A stretch of 64,000 nucleotides of DNA from a virus (taxonomy: Duplodnaviria; Caudoviricetes): positions 5,377 through 69,376 of the IMG/VR virus record IMGVR_UViG_3300025918_000011; one strand, written 5' to 3'. The notes below the pieces were generated by a model. It had not been told where the DNA came from. It worked only from the letters and a program-made list of their open reading frames with translations, and searched no databases. Made by a program: the position numbers and the translations under genes. How positions within the stretch are numbered: the stretch's first letter is position 1; each line of letters starts with the position of its first letter. This document shows, piece by piece, positions 27,600 to 37,519 of the stretch.

Positions 27600-28385
27600 T
27601 CATTCGTCGTCGCCGTCGCTCTCGCCCCCGCTCTTCGCTCTCGCCTTCGCGCGCTTCGACGCCCTCGACCTCGCGCTCGCCGCGGCGAGCTCCTCGGCTT
27701 CGACGATCGCGTCGAACTCCTCGATGAGCGCCTCGCCTCTCTCCTTGTAATACCCGACGTCCATCTTCGCGATCTGCGCGCGCAGGCTCGAGAGATCCCG
27801 CTTTACCTGGCGTATCGCGCCGGCGCGCACCTGCTCCTGCAGGAACTCCCGCACGCCGCGCAGCGACGCCACCATGTCGCGCTGCTTCGTCTTCATGCGG
27901 ACAATCTGATTGAGCGCGTTCATCGAGCGCACCGCGTTATTGAGGTCTTGATCTTTGACGAACCGCTGCGCGCGCTCGATGCCCATGCCATCGCCGCACA
28001 CGCACCAGCGTACGAAGTCCGCGACGCTGCCCCAGCGAAACAACTTCGACGCGATGAGCGTCTCGATCATCGCTTCGATCTCGGGCTCGACTCTGCATTG
28101 CAGCTTGCGCGCGTCTCGCGCGTTGGCTTGCGCGACATGGAAGCTCCACGGGTCGACGCCCTCGTCGCGGTCGTCGGACTTGTGCGAGAGCTCGTTCGCG
28201 CGGCGCACGAGCCGCGGGCCTAGACGTTCGGGCTCGGGGGCGTCGGCAGCGCTGGCGGGGGCGTTGGCGGGGGCGCGGTTGCGCGGCGATGACGGCGACG
28301 ACGGCGACGACGATGACGGCGGGAGTTCTTCGAGTACGCGTTTCGACTTCGAGATCGACGGCCCGACTCGACCAGCTTTACCCAT
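27600..28385 (-). CDS. Protein with a central ribbon-helix-helix-like motif, immediately upstream of the array
   Basis: KLQCRVEPEIEAMIETLIASKLFRWGSVADFVRWCV is RHH-like; followed by a helical/coiled-coil region. Confidence 0.6.
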   Translation of the reverse strand: MGKAGRVGPSISKSKRVLEELPPSSSSPSSPSSPRNRAPANAPASAADAPEPERLGPRLVRRANELSHKSDDRDEGVDPWSFHVAQANARDARKLQCRVEPEIEAMIETLIASKLFRWGSVADFVRWCVCGDGMGIERAQRFVKDQDLNNAVRSMNALNQIVRMKTKQRDMVASLRGVREFLQEQVRAGAIRQVKRDLSSLRAQIAKMDVGYYKERGEALIEEFDAIVEAEELAAASARSRASKRAKARAKSGGESDGDDE

Positions 28386-28495
28386 GAGTGCCGACGCCTC
28401 CGCTATTGAGAAGGAACGGCGTGTGCTGTTGCGATGTACGATGTACGACTCTGCACGGCGCGCGACGTGGGGCCCGGTGCGTTTTGTTGATCTCG

Positions 28496-28524
28496 AATCT
28501 AAGCCCCGTCGGCGTCTACGTCAA
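28496..28524 (-). promoter_or_regulatory. Sigma70-type promoter for the RHH gene - array - Nop-gene unit
   Basis: TTGACG-17 bp-TAGATT on the minus strand. Confidence 0.6.
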
Positions 28525-28618
28525 GACCCGTATATCGCGGTGCGCAACGCCGAGGCCCCAACGCGCTATTAATAATGATACGGATGTGCATCGACGATCG
28601 ACCTCGCTCGTCCGGCGC

Positions 28619-28948
28619 TCAATCGATCTCGATCATATGCTCGCAAACGAACATCGGGCCGTCGTCCCAATCCTTTCGGTTTGCCCTGACCCACTCCGGC
28701 GACACACGCCACACGTACCGCGGCGCGCAGCACCAACACAGCTCGGGCTCGACGAGCTCCTCAAGATCGATCCACACGCCCCACGTGGCGCGCGGCGAGA
28801 TGCTGCCCGTCGGATCGCCGAGCGGTACGCTGTGCGGCACGAACGGCAGCCCGAGCTCGACGCAGATCTCACGGAATCGCCCGAGCGTTACGACTCGAGC
28901 GCGTACGACGTGCGCATGCGGTACGTGCGACGGAGTGCCCGTGCTCAT
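28619..28948 (-). CDS. Hypothetical protein
   Basis: Coupled ORF with Cys/His residues. Confidence 0.45.
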   Translation of the reverse strand: MSTGTPSHVPHAHVVRARVVTLGRFREICVELGLPFVPHSVPLGDPTGSISPRATWGVWIDLEELVEPELCWCCAPRYVWRVSPEWVRANRKDWDDGPMFVCEHMIEID

Positions 28949-29204
28949 GACCAGCGCGACTCACGCCAGCAGTGCGCGACCTCCTTCGCGCCGCATCCAC
29001 ACGGGCACCCGCCGCCCCAGCTCGGCCCGCCACGCGCGAACCACACGACCCCGCGCACGAGGAACGCCGGCCACAGCACCGACCACTTGACGACCGTGCG
29101 CCAACGATGCCGCCCCATGACTTCGAATCCCGCCGACAGCGTTATCACGAACACCGCAGCGTAGGCGACGGCGCCGTAGGTTGCGATCGCCGTCGTCGTC
29201 GGCG

Positions 29205-29474
29205 TCATGAGCGCACCACGGCCGCGCCATCGCCGCCGTCGAGCGTCGCCTGCGCCTCGACTTGCTCGCGCGTCTTCGCGCGACCGAGCAGCTCCCATGC
29301 GAGCTCGTTGCGCTCGCGCTTGATACTGTCGACCAGCGCGCGCCACGACTCCTCGCGCTTCTCGACGTCCTTGGCGAGGTAGCGCTCGCGCCTGCGCACG
29401 ACCTCCTCATGCGCACTACACAGCGCGATCACTTCGTGTTCTAAGTTCGTGCTGCACGCGCAGCTCATCGACAT
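29205..29474 (-). CDS. Hypothetical coiled-coil protein
   Basis: ORF from MSMSCAC; start approximate. Confidence 0.4.
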   Translation of the reverse strand: MSMSCACSTNLEHEVIALCSAHEEVVRRRERYLAKDVEKREESWRALVDSIKRERNELAWELLGRAKTREQVEAQATLDGGDGAAVVRS

Positions 29475-29663
29475 CGGCGTCGCTCCTTTCGCTCTTCGAA
29501 CTTCGAAATCACGGTCGTCGCACGGTACCGGCGAGCATGAACGCCCCTCGCTACTCGGATACATGCGCGTTTACCCTCCGCGGCTTACGCTTGGCGGACG
29601 ACCTCCTGCACGGCTGCACGGCTGCACTGCTTACTCGCTGAACGCCTTCGCCCTCGCTCTCGC

Positions 29664-30066
29664 CTACTCGTCGCTCGACGCCGACGACTTGCGCCGCGGC
29701 CGGATCTCCTCGGTCGCCTCGGCACGCTTCGACGCCGACGCCTTCGCCGCGCGCGGTTTCGCCGAGCGCCTCGCCGCCTTGCGCACGCCGCGCTTCGATC
29801 CGCGCCGCACGCCCTTCGCCCGCCCCTTCGCGCGCCGCGCTCGCGCCTGTCCCTTCAGCGCGACTTTGAACAGCTTGATCGCGTGCTCGAGCGCCGGCAG
29901 CTCGTCGGCCTGGATCGTCGCTTCGCCCTGCGCGCCTCCGACGGTGAGCTCGCGCCCGCCGACGTTCACGAGCGTCTTGAACGGCACCAAGCTACCGCTT
30001 GCGCCCTCGCTCTCGCCGCTCTCGCTCGTCGAGCCAGTCATCATGTCTTTGTTTCGTTTCGCCATT
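29664..30066 (-). CDS. Protein with basic histone-like C-terminal tail
   Basis: ARARRAKGRAKGVRRGSKRGVRKAARRSAKPRAAKA. Confidence 0.55.
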
Positions 30067-30608
30067 GTCGACCTCTGTCCTTTCATCTAGCTCGATCTGT
30101 CTCTCGAGCTCCTTCAGTTTGTTTTCCGCCTTGTGTAGCGCGAGACGCTGTCGTCGAGCACATTCGACGTTGTGCAATTGCGCCTTCGCCTTCGCGCCCT
30201 CTTCCGTCATCGTGTAGCCGGCACCTCCGCAGCGTCTCGCGGTAACGTCGCTGCACTTCCATCGCCAGCGCTGCACGCCGTCGCGCGGATCGTCTGGGAT
30301 CGTGCGCACGCGTTTGACGATCGTGGTCGGAGCTGCACGTCGCAGCCGTAGAACCGTCGCGCGCAGGTGATAGCGCCGAGCGAGCCGTCGCAGTGCTGCG
30401 ATTTGTTTGTCGGTGAGCTTGCGGGCGCCGGAGCCGATGCCGAGGACCGTCGCAACGTCGCCGTCGCGGTCGCGCGTCGCCATCGTCGTCGAGCGACGAA
30501 TCCCCCCGCGTCCCCCCGGGGTGGTAACGGAGAGTTTAGCGTCGGCGTCGTCGTCCCGCAATGGCCTTCGTCGTCTCTTCGCCAAGTTTTTTCGCCTCCG
30601 TTGGGATC

Positions 30609-30692
30609 CTGGATCCTGGGATCACCCTGTAATAATGTCACATTTTAGACGCACAAAACCAAACATTAAAACAGGGTGATCCCGGGATCCAG
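30609..30692. repeat. 22-bp inverted repeat around a 40-bp AT-rich loop
   Basis: CTGGATCCTGGGATCACCCTGT (30609-30630) and ACAGGGTGATCCCGGGATCCAG (30671-30692), one mismatch. Confidence 0.85.
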
Positions 30693-31152
30693 AGGCCCTA
30701 GGCGCTGTCGATTTATCACGGCTTTTGCCTCCGCACCTTGCTTTTGCGTGATATAGTACGGGAGCCCCCTGCAGGATTTTTGGAGTCCGGCGAGCCCGAC
30801 GACGAGCTCGGCGACGGCGACGGTACCGGCGTAAAGCCGTGGCACTCGCATCGCAGCACGTAGCAGCATTCGTCGCTGGTCAAATGCGTCGCGTATGCGT
30901 GTCGATCGCGCAGGTGCCCGCACGCACAGAAGACGCGGGGCACAGCGTTCTCGTTCTCGAACGCCTGCGAATGCACCTTGGCGACCTGCGTGAGTAGCGC
31001 GTGCGTGTGCGCGCGGTACGCGAGTACGGCGACGTCGATGAACGACGCGAGCCGCAGCTCGAGCTCGCGACGGTAGAGCTTCGCGGCGTCGTCGACGTAG
31101 GCGTCGATCGGAGTACGTTCGGGTCCGGGTCCGGGCCCGGGCTCGCGCGCGC

Positions 31153-31434
31153 TCATTGGCGATCCGGCCCGGTGCGAAACCCGCCGCGCGGCGAGCGTTT
31201 CACGAGGCGCATGCGGTTGGCGTCGGCGTCGCGGCACCACGGGCAAATCTTCTGCCCGGGCGGGGGCTGCTCGCCGAGCGTCATGAGGAGGGCGTCGCGC
31301 GAGCTCTCGATCGGGGCGAGGGCGCCCTTGCACGACGACTCGACGAATCCGCCGTCGGTGTAGCGGTGCCACCACCCACCGTCGCGGCCGATCCAGACGG
31401 CGCCGAACTCGCGAAGGCCGATCCGAACGCTCAT
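31153..31434 (-). CDS. Hypothetical early protein
   Basis: One of a run of small coupled minus-strand ORFs (31-35 kb); CPWC motif. Confidence 0.45.
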   Translation of the reverse strand: MSVRIGLREFGAVWIGRDGGWWHRYTDGGFVESSCKGALAPIESSRDALLMTLGEQPPPGQKICPWCRDADANRMRLVKRSPRGGFRTGPDRQ

Positions 31435-31730
31435 CGTTGGCGCCGGACTCGACGCACGATCGTCGAGTCGACGAAGCCGAAGCGGTCGCGCATGTCGGGG
31501 TCGCTGTTGAGCGGGCGATACTGATGCACGGTGCCGACGAGAGATCGTGCGTGCGCGTTGGCGCGCCCCTCGACCGACGCGAGCGAGTCGCCGTGCGCGG
31601 ACTCGAAGGAGCGCGCGAGCAGCTCGACGTGATGTCCGTAGCCGCGGACGGTAACCCAGACTTGGAACACGGTGCGCGGTGCCTCGGGGTTGATGCGGCG
31701 ATCGACGTTGCGCATTTCTAGACCCCCCAT
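31431..31730 (-). CDS. Hypothetical early protein
   Basis: Coupled ORF. Confidence 0.45.
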   Translation of the reverse strand: MGGLEMRNVDRRINPEAPRTVFQVWVTVRGYGHHVELLARSFESAHGDSLASVEGRANAHARSLVGTVHQYRPLNSDPDMRDRFGFVDSTIVRRVRRQR

Positions 31731-32138
31731 TCGGTGCGTTTGTCGCGAAGATAGCGACGGCAGCGCTCGGCGACGGCGGCGCTCGCCGGCTCGGCTTCGA
31801 GCATGTGGCCGAGATCCTCGACGACTTTGGCGAACATGTCGAGAGTCTTAGTACGACATTCGAGCTCGGCCTCGACGCGCGCGAGGCGAACGCTCGCCGG
31901 CTCGGCGTCGCGCTCGAAGTGCGTAGCAGAGCGCTGTGGCTGCGGCTCGGGCCTAACGAAGCGATCCTCGAGCCCTTTCGCGAGCTCCTGCACAGCGTCC
32001 CAGATAGCAGCGGTGCCGGGCAGTATCTTCGGATCCGGGCGTTGATCGGGGCGGGGCCCTACGCCTGCGTTGATCGATGCGACTAGCTTCCAGAGAAGGC
32101 GCTCGATGTGCGTAGTCGAATACGGTACGCTCATCGCC

Positions 32139-32615
32139 CTAGCGCTCCTCGCTTCGAACAATCTGAATGCAGCTCGTGAGCTCGCGCGCCGCGGCGACGC
32201 TCTTCTTTCGCCAGTCGACCGGCATGCCCGGGAGCTGCTCGGGCTCGGGTGACGACTGCGAGACTTGCACGTCGTTCCACGAAGCGCGCAGCGCGCACGA
32301 CAGAGAGATGATGCGCGCGACCTCGTAGGCGCGATACCACGAGCCGGTGCCGAGCTCGGCGGCGTGTTTCGCCGGGAGGTAGTGGCGCTCGATGGCGCGG
32401 GAGTACTGGATGTCGAGGGGCTCGAGGGGCGAGTCGTCGAGGGCGACGGCGAGGGCGACGGGCAAGGGCGCGGGGCGTGCGGGGGCATCGGTGGCGACGG
32501 CGACGCTCGAGGGCGAAGGCGATGGGGCAGTGCGCTGCCACTCAGCGAACTTCACGGCGCCCCCCGATACTGCAGCAACGACAACGACAGCGACGACCTT
32601 AGCGATAGTGCTCAT
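32139..32615 (-). CDS. Exported/membrane-anchored hypothetical protein
   Basis: N-terminal hydrophobic segment KVVAVVVVAAVSGGAV. Confidence 0.55.
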   Translation of the reverse strand: MSTIAKVVAVVVVAAVSGGAVKFAEWQRTAPSPSPSSVAVATDAPARPAPLPVALAVALDDSPLEPLDIQYSRAIERHYLPAKHAAELGTGSWYRAYEVARIISLSCALRASWNDVQVSQSSPEPEQLPGMPVDWRKKSVAAARELTSCIQIVRSEER

Positions 32616-33043
32616 TGCGAGCTTCCTTTCTTGAGCTGCACTCGGAGCGCTTCGAGCTCCGCTGCGTGGGAATCTGCGGCGCGGTCCACGTTCACGCGCG
32701 ACGGCGTGCCGTGGATCGCCTGGAATGCGGCGACGGCCTTCGGGATCGAATCGTCGAGGCGCTTGCGGCGCTCGGCTCGGAGGCGCTCGACCACGGCTTC
32801 GGCGCGCTCCTCGGCTTCGCGGCGCACGGCGCGGATATGCTGCACGAGCTCGGACGGCGGGGCGCCCATGGATTCGGCGAGCTCGAGGCCGGCGCGCAGG
32901 CCGGCGATGCGGCCGGAGCGCTCGTCGGCGATCGCGGGGAGCGTCGCGACGTCGGCCTCGGCGGGAGTGATGAGGATGCGGAGTAGCGCGTAGACGGCAA
33001 GCGCGAAGAGCGACAGGGCCCCGACGACCGCGAGCTGCGTCAT
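32612..33043 (-). CDS. Membrane-anchored coiled-coil protein
   Basis: TM segment LAVVGALSLFALAVYALL, then a helical region. Confidence 0.55.
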   Translation of the reverse strand: MTQLAVVGALSLFALAVYALLRILITPAEADVATLPAIADERSGRIAGLRAGLELAESMGAPPSELVQHIRAVRREAEERAEAVVERLRAERRKRLDDSIPKAVAAFQAIHGTPSRVNVDRAADSHAAELEALRVQLKKGSSQ

Positions 33044-33716
33044 AGAGAGGCTAGTCCCTTTCTTGGGCGTCGACGAGTAGCGCGTCGAGAAGACGCACGA
33101 CTTCGACTAGGAGTGATTGGTCGACAGTGAGGGGTATGGGGGCGCCGGACTCGGCGTCGTACGGCGGAGCGACGAACGCGTGATTGTGGTGCGATGTGCG
33201 TTGGCGCTGAGCACAGACGCGCTCGGGCTGACCGCAGACGACGCACGCCGGACCCTCGATGCGGGCGACGTTGCTCATTTAAGCGATCTCCTCGCAGTGT
33301 TCGACAGGGAGGTCGGCGAAGCCGGCGAGGATGCAGTGCCAGCAATGCCCGCAGCCGACGCAGCGCCGGTGCAGCGTGAAGCCGTTGGCGTTGCGCGCCA
33401 TCTTGCGCTTGCAGTACGGGCAGTATTGGAAGTGCCCGACGTATTGGTCGATGGCCGATCTATGCACGGCGGGTCGACGCTCCTCGAGCCTCGCGCGCGG
33501 CGTGCACGGCCGAGAGCCCGCGGCACTCCGGGCAACGCCCGATGTGATCGAGCAGCGCCGTCGACGCGGCGAGTGCGGCGTAGGCGGCCTCGCCCCGGGC
33601 GATGTCGGCGGTACACGAGTCGAGCGCCGCCCAACGCTGGCGAACGGCGTCGCGCGAGGTGCGGGCGTTGGAGCGGTCGGTCTCGAGAGATTGACGGGTC
33701 GAGCATGTCATGGCGA

Positions 33717-34256
33717 TCAGGCCCTTTCGAAGAGCTGCTTAATAGTGAGCTTGAGCTTGGAGCGCAGCTCGCTGAAGCGTTCGCGCGCCTCGACGACGCG
33801 CAGCTCGAGCTCGAGGTAGTGGGATTTCTCGGCGGCCGTCATGCGTGCGGCGAGCACCTCGCCCAAGCCGTATTGGTTGAGCTGCCCGGTGGTGTTGTCG
33901 TCGACGCAACGATAGATCGGGTTGCCGTTGCCGGCGTGCTTGCCGGTAACGATGACGTCCCGGAACTCGGTCGGGTTGTCGCGGCTCGAGGAATAGTTGC
34001 GGCGCCCTTCGCGGATGAGCGTCGCTTCGATGGCGATCGGTTTGAGTTTGCGGATGGCGGCACGCAGCTTGTCGGTGAGGGCTTTGAGCGACGTCGAGAG
34101 GACGAGCTCATCGGCGCCGTGCGAGATGTCGGCGTAGAAGGTGCCGTCGGGGCTCACGAAGATGTGATAGTCGGTGGCGTCGACGTTGACGGTTTTGAGG
34201 AAGGTGCCGCCGTGCGTCGGCGACGGCTTCGGATGCGTGCGGGGTGCGATTGACAT
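33717..34256 (-). CDS. Hypothetical early protein
   Basis: Start MSIAPRT with upstream GAAAGGA. Confidence 0.55.
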   Translation of the reverse strand: MSIAPRTHPKPSPTHGGTFLKTVNVDATDYHIFVSPDGTFYADISHGADELVLSTSLKALTDKLRAAIRKLKPIAIEATLIREGRRNYSSSRDNPTEFRDVIVTGKHAGNGNPIYRCVDDNTTGQLNQYGLGEVLAARMTAAEKSHYLELELRVVEARERFSELRSKLKLTIKQLFERA

Positions 34257-34276
34257 ATCGAGGCTAATCCTTTCAG

Positions 34277-34591
34277 TCAGTCTTGCTCGAGCTCGCAACG
34301 GCACATCGCCAGGCGTCGCGCTCCGATGTACCCGCCGCGGCGCTGATTGACGCCGGTGCACACGATGCGCCACTCGAGGCAGACGTGGCAGAGATTGAAC
34401 GTGTAGTGGTAGACGGTGTCGCCTTGTTCGTCGTCGAGCACGAAGTATTGCGCGACGTGTTCGAATTCGTTGGAGCGGTACGAGGTGCGCGTCGGGACGT
34501 AGCGGAACGGGGGAGTCGTCGTAACGGCACAGATCGGGCAAGGGTTGCGCGGCGAGTCGTCGGGCCCGTGATCGTAGGAGGGCGTAGGCAT
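34277..34591 (-). CDS. Hypothetical zinc-binding early protein
   Basis: CPIC...CHVC; N-terminus similar to that of the 34600-34917 ORF. Confidence 0.5.
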   Translation of the reverse strand: MPTPSYDHGPDDSPRNPCPICAVTTTPPFRYVPTRTSYRSNEFEHVAQYFVLDDEQGDTVYHYTFNLCHVCLEWRIVCTGVNQRRGGYIGARRLAMCRCELEQD

Positions 34592-34599
34592 GGCGCGGG

Positions 34600-34917
34600 C
34601 TAGCTCCTTTCGGTCTCAATGGTGGCAAGGTGGCGCAGCACGGCGACGAGCACGAACTCGTCGATCGCGGCGACGGGACCGCAGTCCGGCGACGGCGTCG
34701 AATGGCCTTGGCCGATGGCGCGAAGCGCGTAGTGAATGCGCGCGGCGATCGACGGCGAGACGAGGAGCTCGGTGCGGAACGAGACGACGGTGCCGGGCTC
34801 GCCGAACTCGAGGAGCAGGCAGCGCAGGCACGGAGTGCGCGGCGAGTCGCGGCGGTCGTGGTTGTAGGGAGCGCGGGGCATGGGCGGGGGCGGGGGCGGC
34901 GGCGGCGGCGTCGGCAT
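34600..34917 (-). CDS. Hypothetical zinc-binding early protein
   Basis: PYNHDRRDSPRTPCLRC resembles SYDHGPDDSPRNPCPIC in the adjacent ORF. Confidence 0.5.
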   Translation of the reverse strand: MPTPPPPPPPPPMPRAPYNHDRRDSPRTPCLRCLLLEFGEPGTVVSFRTELLVSPSIAARIHYALRAIGQGHSTPSPDCGPVAAIDEFVLVAVLRHLATIETERS

Positions 34918-34920
34918 CGC

Positions 34921-35175
34921 CTAGTTGCTCCTCGCGATCGGGCGCGGGGTGACGTGCGCCGGGATCGCGTCGAACGGCGCGCCGCAGTAGAGCTCGCGCC
35001 CGGCAGTGTCGGCGACGATCTCGAGCCATGAGCCGTCGGCGGCGATCGCGACGAACGACTCGACGTAGCCGTAGCGGCCCCACGTCCAGCCGGCGACGTA
35101 GCAGGTCGGGTCGTTGAAGAGCGGATGCGTACGGACGTAGGTGCGCGACATGAGGAGGGAGAGATCGAGGGGCAT
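34921..35175 (-). CDS. Hypothetical early protein
   Basis: Small ORF in series. Confidence 0.45.
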   Translation of the reverse strand: MPLDLSLLMSRTYVRTHPLFNDPTCYVAGWTWGRYGYVESFVAIAADGSWLEIVADTAGRELYCGAPFDAIPAHVTPRPIARSN

Positions 35176-35180
35176 GGGCG

Positions 35181-35477
35181 TTAGCGGCCCTTCGACGACG
35201 AGGACGAGGTCGAGGGAGCGACGGCGCCCTTCGAGCTCGAGGGCGCCTTCGAGGGCGTTGCGGCTCCCAGTTCGCGCTCGAGGTCGCGCATCGCGCGGAT
35301 GACGTAGGCGGGCACAGGCCGGTCGCCGCGTTCCCAGCGGAAGATCGTCGAGGCGCGAACGTCGAGGTGCTCGGCGAGCTCGGCCTGCGTGAGATCGAGG
35401 GCGACGCGGCGACGGCGAAGATCTCGCGATCGGCGCAGCGACGCGTCGGAGACTGCGGAGGCGGGGGCGTTAGGCAT
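35181..35477 (-). CDS. XRE/Cro-CI-family HTH transcriptional regulator
   Basis: LRRRRVALDLTQAELAEHLDVRASTIFRWERGDRPVP. Confidence 0.9.
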   Translation of the reverse strand: MPNAPASAVSDASLRRSRDLRRRRVALDLTQAELAEHLDVRASTIFRWERGDRPVPAYVIRAMRDLERELGAATPSKAPSSSKGAVAPSTSSSSSKGR

Positions 35478-35799
35478 GGGCGTTGGAGTCCTTTGAAGGA
35501 GAGGAGGGCGAGGGCTTGGGCTCGATGGCGACGACGACGAATACGACGGCGATGCACGACATCGCGGAGATTGAGCGCCGGACGACGCGGGCTCCGCATC
35601 CGAGGGCGCGCCACTTGCGAGCGGCGTCGTCGGCGTCGATCTCGCTGACGCCGACATAGACGAGACGGCGTCGGGCGCGTTCGGCGCGGAGACGGGCGCG
35701 GCGCTCGTCGCGCTCGAGCTGCTTTGCGGTGCGGCGCTTCGTCGTCGGGGTCGGGGTCGAGGTCGTCGTCGGCGTCGAGGGCGGCGTCGAGGTCTTCAT
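35470..35799 (-). CDS. Small membrane protein, probably leaderless
   Basis: ATG AAG is 7 nt from the -10 box; C-terminal hydrophobic CIAVVFVVVAI. Confidence 0.55.
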   Translation of the reverse strand: MKTSTPPSTPTTTSTPTPTTKRRTAKQLERDERRARLRAERARRRLVYVGVSEIDADDAARKWRALGCGARVVRRSISAMSCIAVVFVVVAIEPKPSPSSPSKDSNAHA

Positions 35800-35806
35800 G
35801 AGCAAC

Positions 35807-35859
35807 AAGATAGGTGATTGCCAGTGGCAAGTCAAGAGAAAAAGGTGATTGCCAATAAC
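35807..35859 (-). promoter_or_regulatory. Early promoter with operator palindromes
   Basis: TTGACT-17-TATCTT with TTGCCACTGGCAA in the spacer region; second GTGATTGCCAAT site upstream. Confidence 0.8.
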
Positions 35860-35877
35860 ATCGCGCATGGGAGGGCT

Positions 35878-37233
35878 TTACGCCGACGCCGGGTTGTGAT
35901 TGGGCGGCGTGGCGGGGGCGGGATCGCCGGGCGCCGCGGGCGCCGTGACGCTCTTGACCGTCGCCCGCGTGATGATCGTCTCGAGCTGCCCGTCGCGCTT
36001 CGAGACGTCGTGGCGTTTGATCGTAGCGTCGAAGACGACGTCGGAGCGGGTCGCGAGCTCGAGGTCGCGGCTCGAGAAGTACACGAGGATTTCGCCGGTC
36101 GGCGTCACGAGGCGATAGAGCGTCGTGGTGCCCCAGTCGCCCTCGAGAGTCGTCTGGAAGATGACGCGGGCGACGAGGCCGCGGAGGCGCTGCTTGGGAA
36201 CGCCGAGGTGCTTCGAGACGGGGCGCGAGGCGCGCTCCTCGGCGATGCGGGTCGCGCGCCGGTGCGCGGCGATGCACGACGCCAGGATGCCGGTATACCG
36301 CGCTGAGACGACGCCCCAGCGAGCAACGCGGCCCAGCTTGGCGAGGTAGTCGTCGCCGTCGGTTTCGCTGAGCGCCTGCGCCCACGCGAGGGCGGCCTGC
36401 GCCTCGAGCTGTTGATCGGGAGTCGGAGCGTATGGGCGCGGCTTCGGATGGCTCGCCGGCCACGTGAGAACGCTGAGCGCGTCGGAAGCCGTGGCGACGA
36501 CGTCGACGCCCTTCGAGGCGGCGAGCTCGCGGGCCTTTGAGCGCGACATCCAGCCGTTGACCTTGATCGAGGCGACGACGAAGCCGAGGTAGGTCGCCGA
36601 GTCGTACCAGGGGTCGACGTAGCTGCCTGAGCCGCCGTAGACGCCGTCGTCGTCGAGGTCGGCGCTGAGCTCGGAGATCCACGACGCCCAGAGGAGGAGC
36701 GCCTCGACGGAGGCGCCTCCGAGGTAGTCGGCGAGGCAGTTGCGGCCGACCCACGCGAGGCGCCCGTCGACGTTGGCGACGATGAAGGTCTCGAGCCGGC
36801 GTCGCGCGGTGCGGCAGTGATCGCACGATGCGGCGCGCGACTCGGCGTCGGCCGGGGCGACCTCGCCGGGCACGACGGCGACGTAGGGGCGCGCGTCGGG
36901 GGTATCGTGGTCGAGGACGGCGACGAGGCGCCAACCGTCGAGGACGGGCGAGCGGCCGATGATCGAGACGGGCACGACTTCGCGGCGCTCGATGAGGGCG
37001 AGCTCGCCGGTCGCGTGATCGGAGTCGCGGCGCGTCTCGAGGATTTCGACGGGGCCGACGACGAGCTCGGGGGCGGCGATGCCGAGGCGAGCAGCGCGGC
37101 GCGTCATGGCGGCGATGCGCGACTCGAGGCGGGCGAGGTTCGAGAGCGGGATGCGGCGGGGCTCGCGGGGCTCGGAGGCCGGCGAGGGCGAAGACGAGCT
37201 CGAGCTCGAGGGCGACGGCGTCGGGGCGCTCAT
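35878..37233 (-). CDS. Conserved-type phage protein of unknown function (zinc site plus probable C-terminal OB fold)
   Basis: CDHC...VGRNCLADYLG; C-terminal GDWGTTTLYRL...FDATIKRH. Confidence 0.6.
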   Translation of the reverse strand: MSAPTPSPSSSSSSSPSPASEPREPRRIPLSNLARLESRIAAMTRRAARLGIAAPELVVGPVEILETRRDSDHATGELALIERREVVPVSIIGRSPVLDGWRLVAVLDHDTPDARPYVAVVPGEVAPADAESRAASCDHCRTARRRLETFIVANVDGRLAWVGRNCLADYLGGASVEALLLWASWISELSADLDDDGVYGGSGSYVDPWYDSATYLGFVVASIKVNGWMSRSKARELAASKGVDVVATASDALSVLTWPASHPKPRPYAPTPDQQLEAQAALAWAQALSETDGDDYLAKLGRVARWGVVSARYTGILASCIAAHRRATRIAEERASRPVSKHLGVPKQRLRGLVARVIFQTTLEGDWGTTTLYRLVTPTGEILVYFSSRDLELATRSDVVFDATIKRHDVSKRDGQLETIITRATVKSVTAPAAPGDPAPATPPNHNPASA

Positions 37234-37439
37234 CGAGCGGCGCCCTTCGCGGCGGCGACGGGCAATGGCGCCGGCTCCAGAGCGTACTCTGTCCCGCAGG
37301 CGTAGCACGGTTCGCCCGCATAGCCCGTGCGCACATGCGGGCCGTAGACTCGCTCGCACTCGGCGACGATGAGCGCCGCGTGAGCCTTCATGTCGTCCGC
37401 TTCCGTCTGCGTCGTCGTCGTCGGCGTTTCGTTCTTCAT
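37230..37439 (-). CDS. Small hypothetical protein, probably leaderless
   Basis: ATG AAG is 6 nt from the -10 box; CYAC. Confidence 0.5.
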   Translation of the reverse strand: MKNETPTTTTQTEADDMKAHAALIVAECERVYGPHVRTGYAGEPCYACGTEYALEPAPLPVAAAKGAAR

Positions 37440-37445
37440 GTCGAG

Positions 37446-37502
37446 AATATAGGTTGCCACTGGCAACCCCGTCAAGCGGTATTTTTTGTGATTGGCAATC
37501 AC
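37446..37502 (-). promoter_or_regulatory. Early promoter with operator palindromes
   Basis: TTGACG-18-TATATT with TTGCCACTGGCAA (37454-37466); GTGATTGGCAATCAC at 37488-37502. Confidence 0.8.
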
Positions 37503-37519
37503 AGCGCCGGCTCAACGAG

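Noticed and set aside
34616-37336. 906-aa minus-strand ORF
   Set aside because: Arg/Pro-rich alternative frame overlapping better-supported genes with their own promoters.
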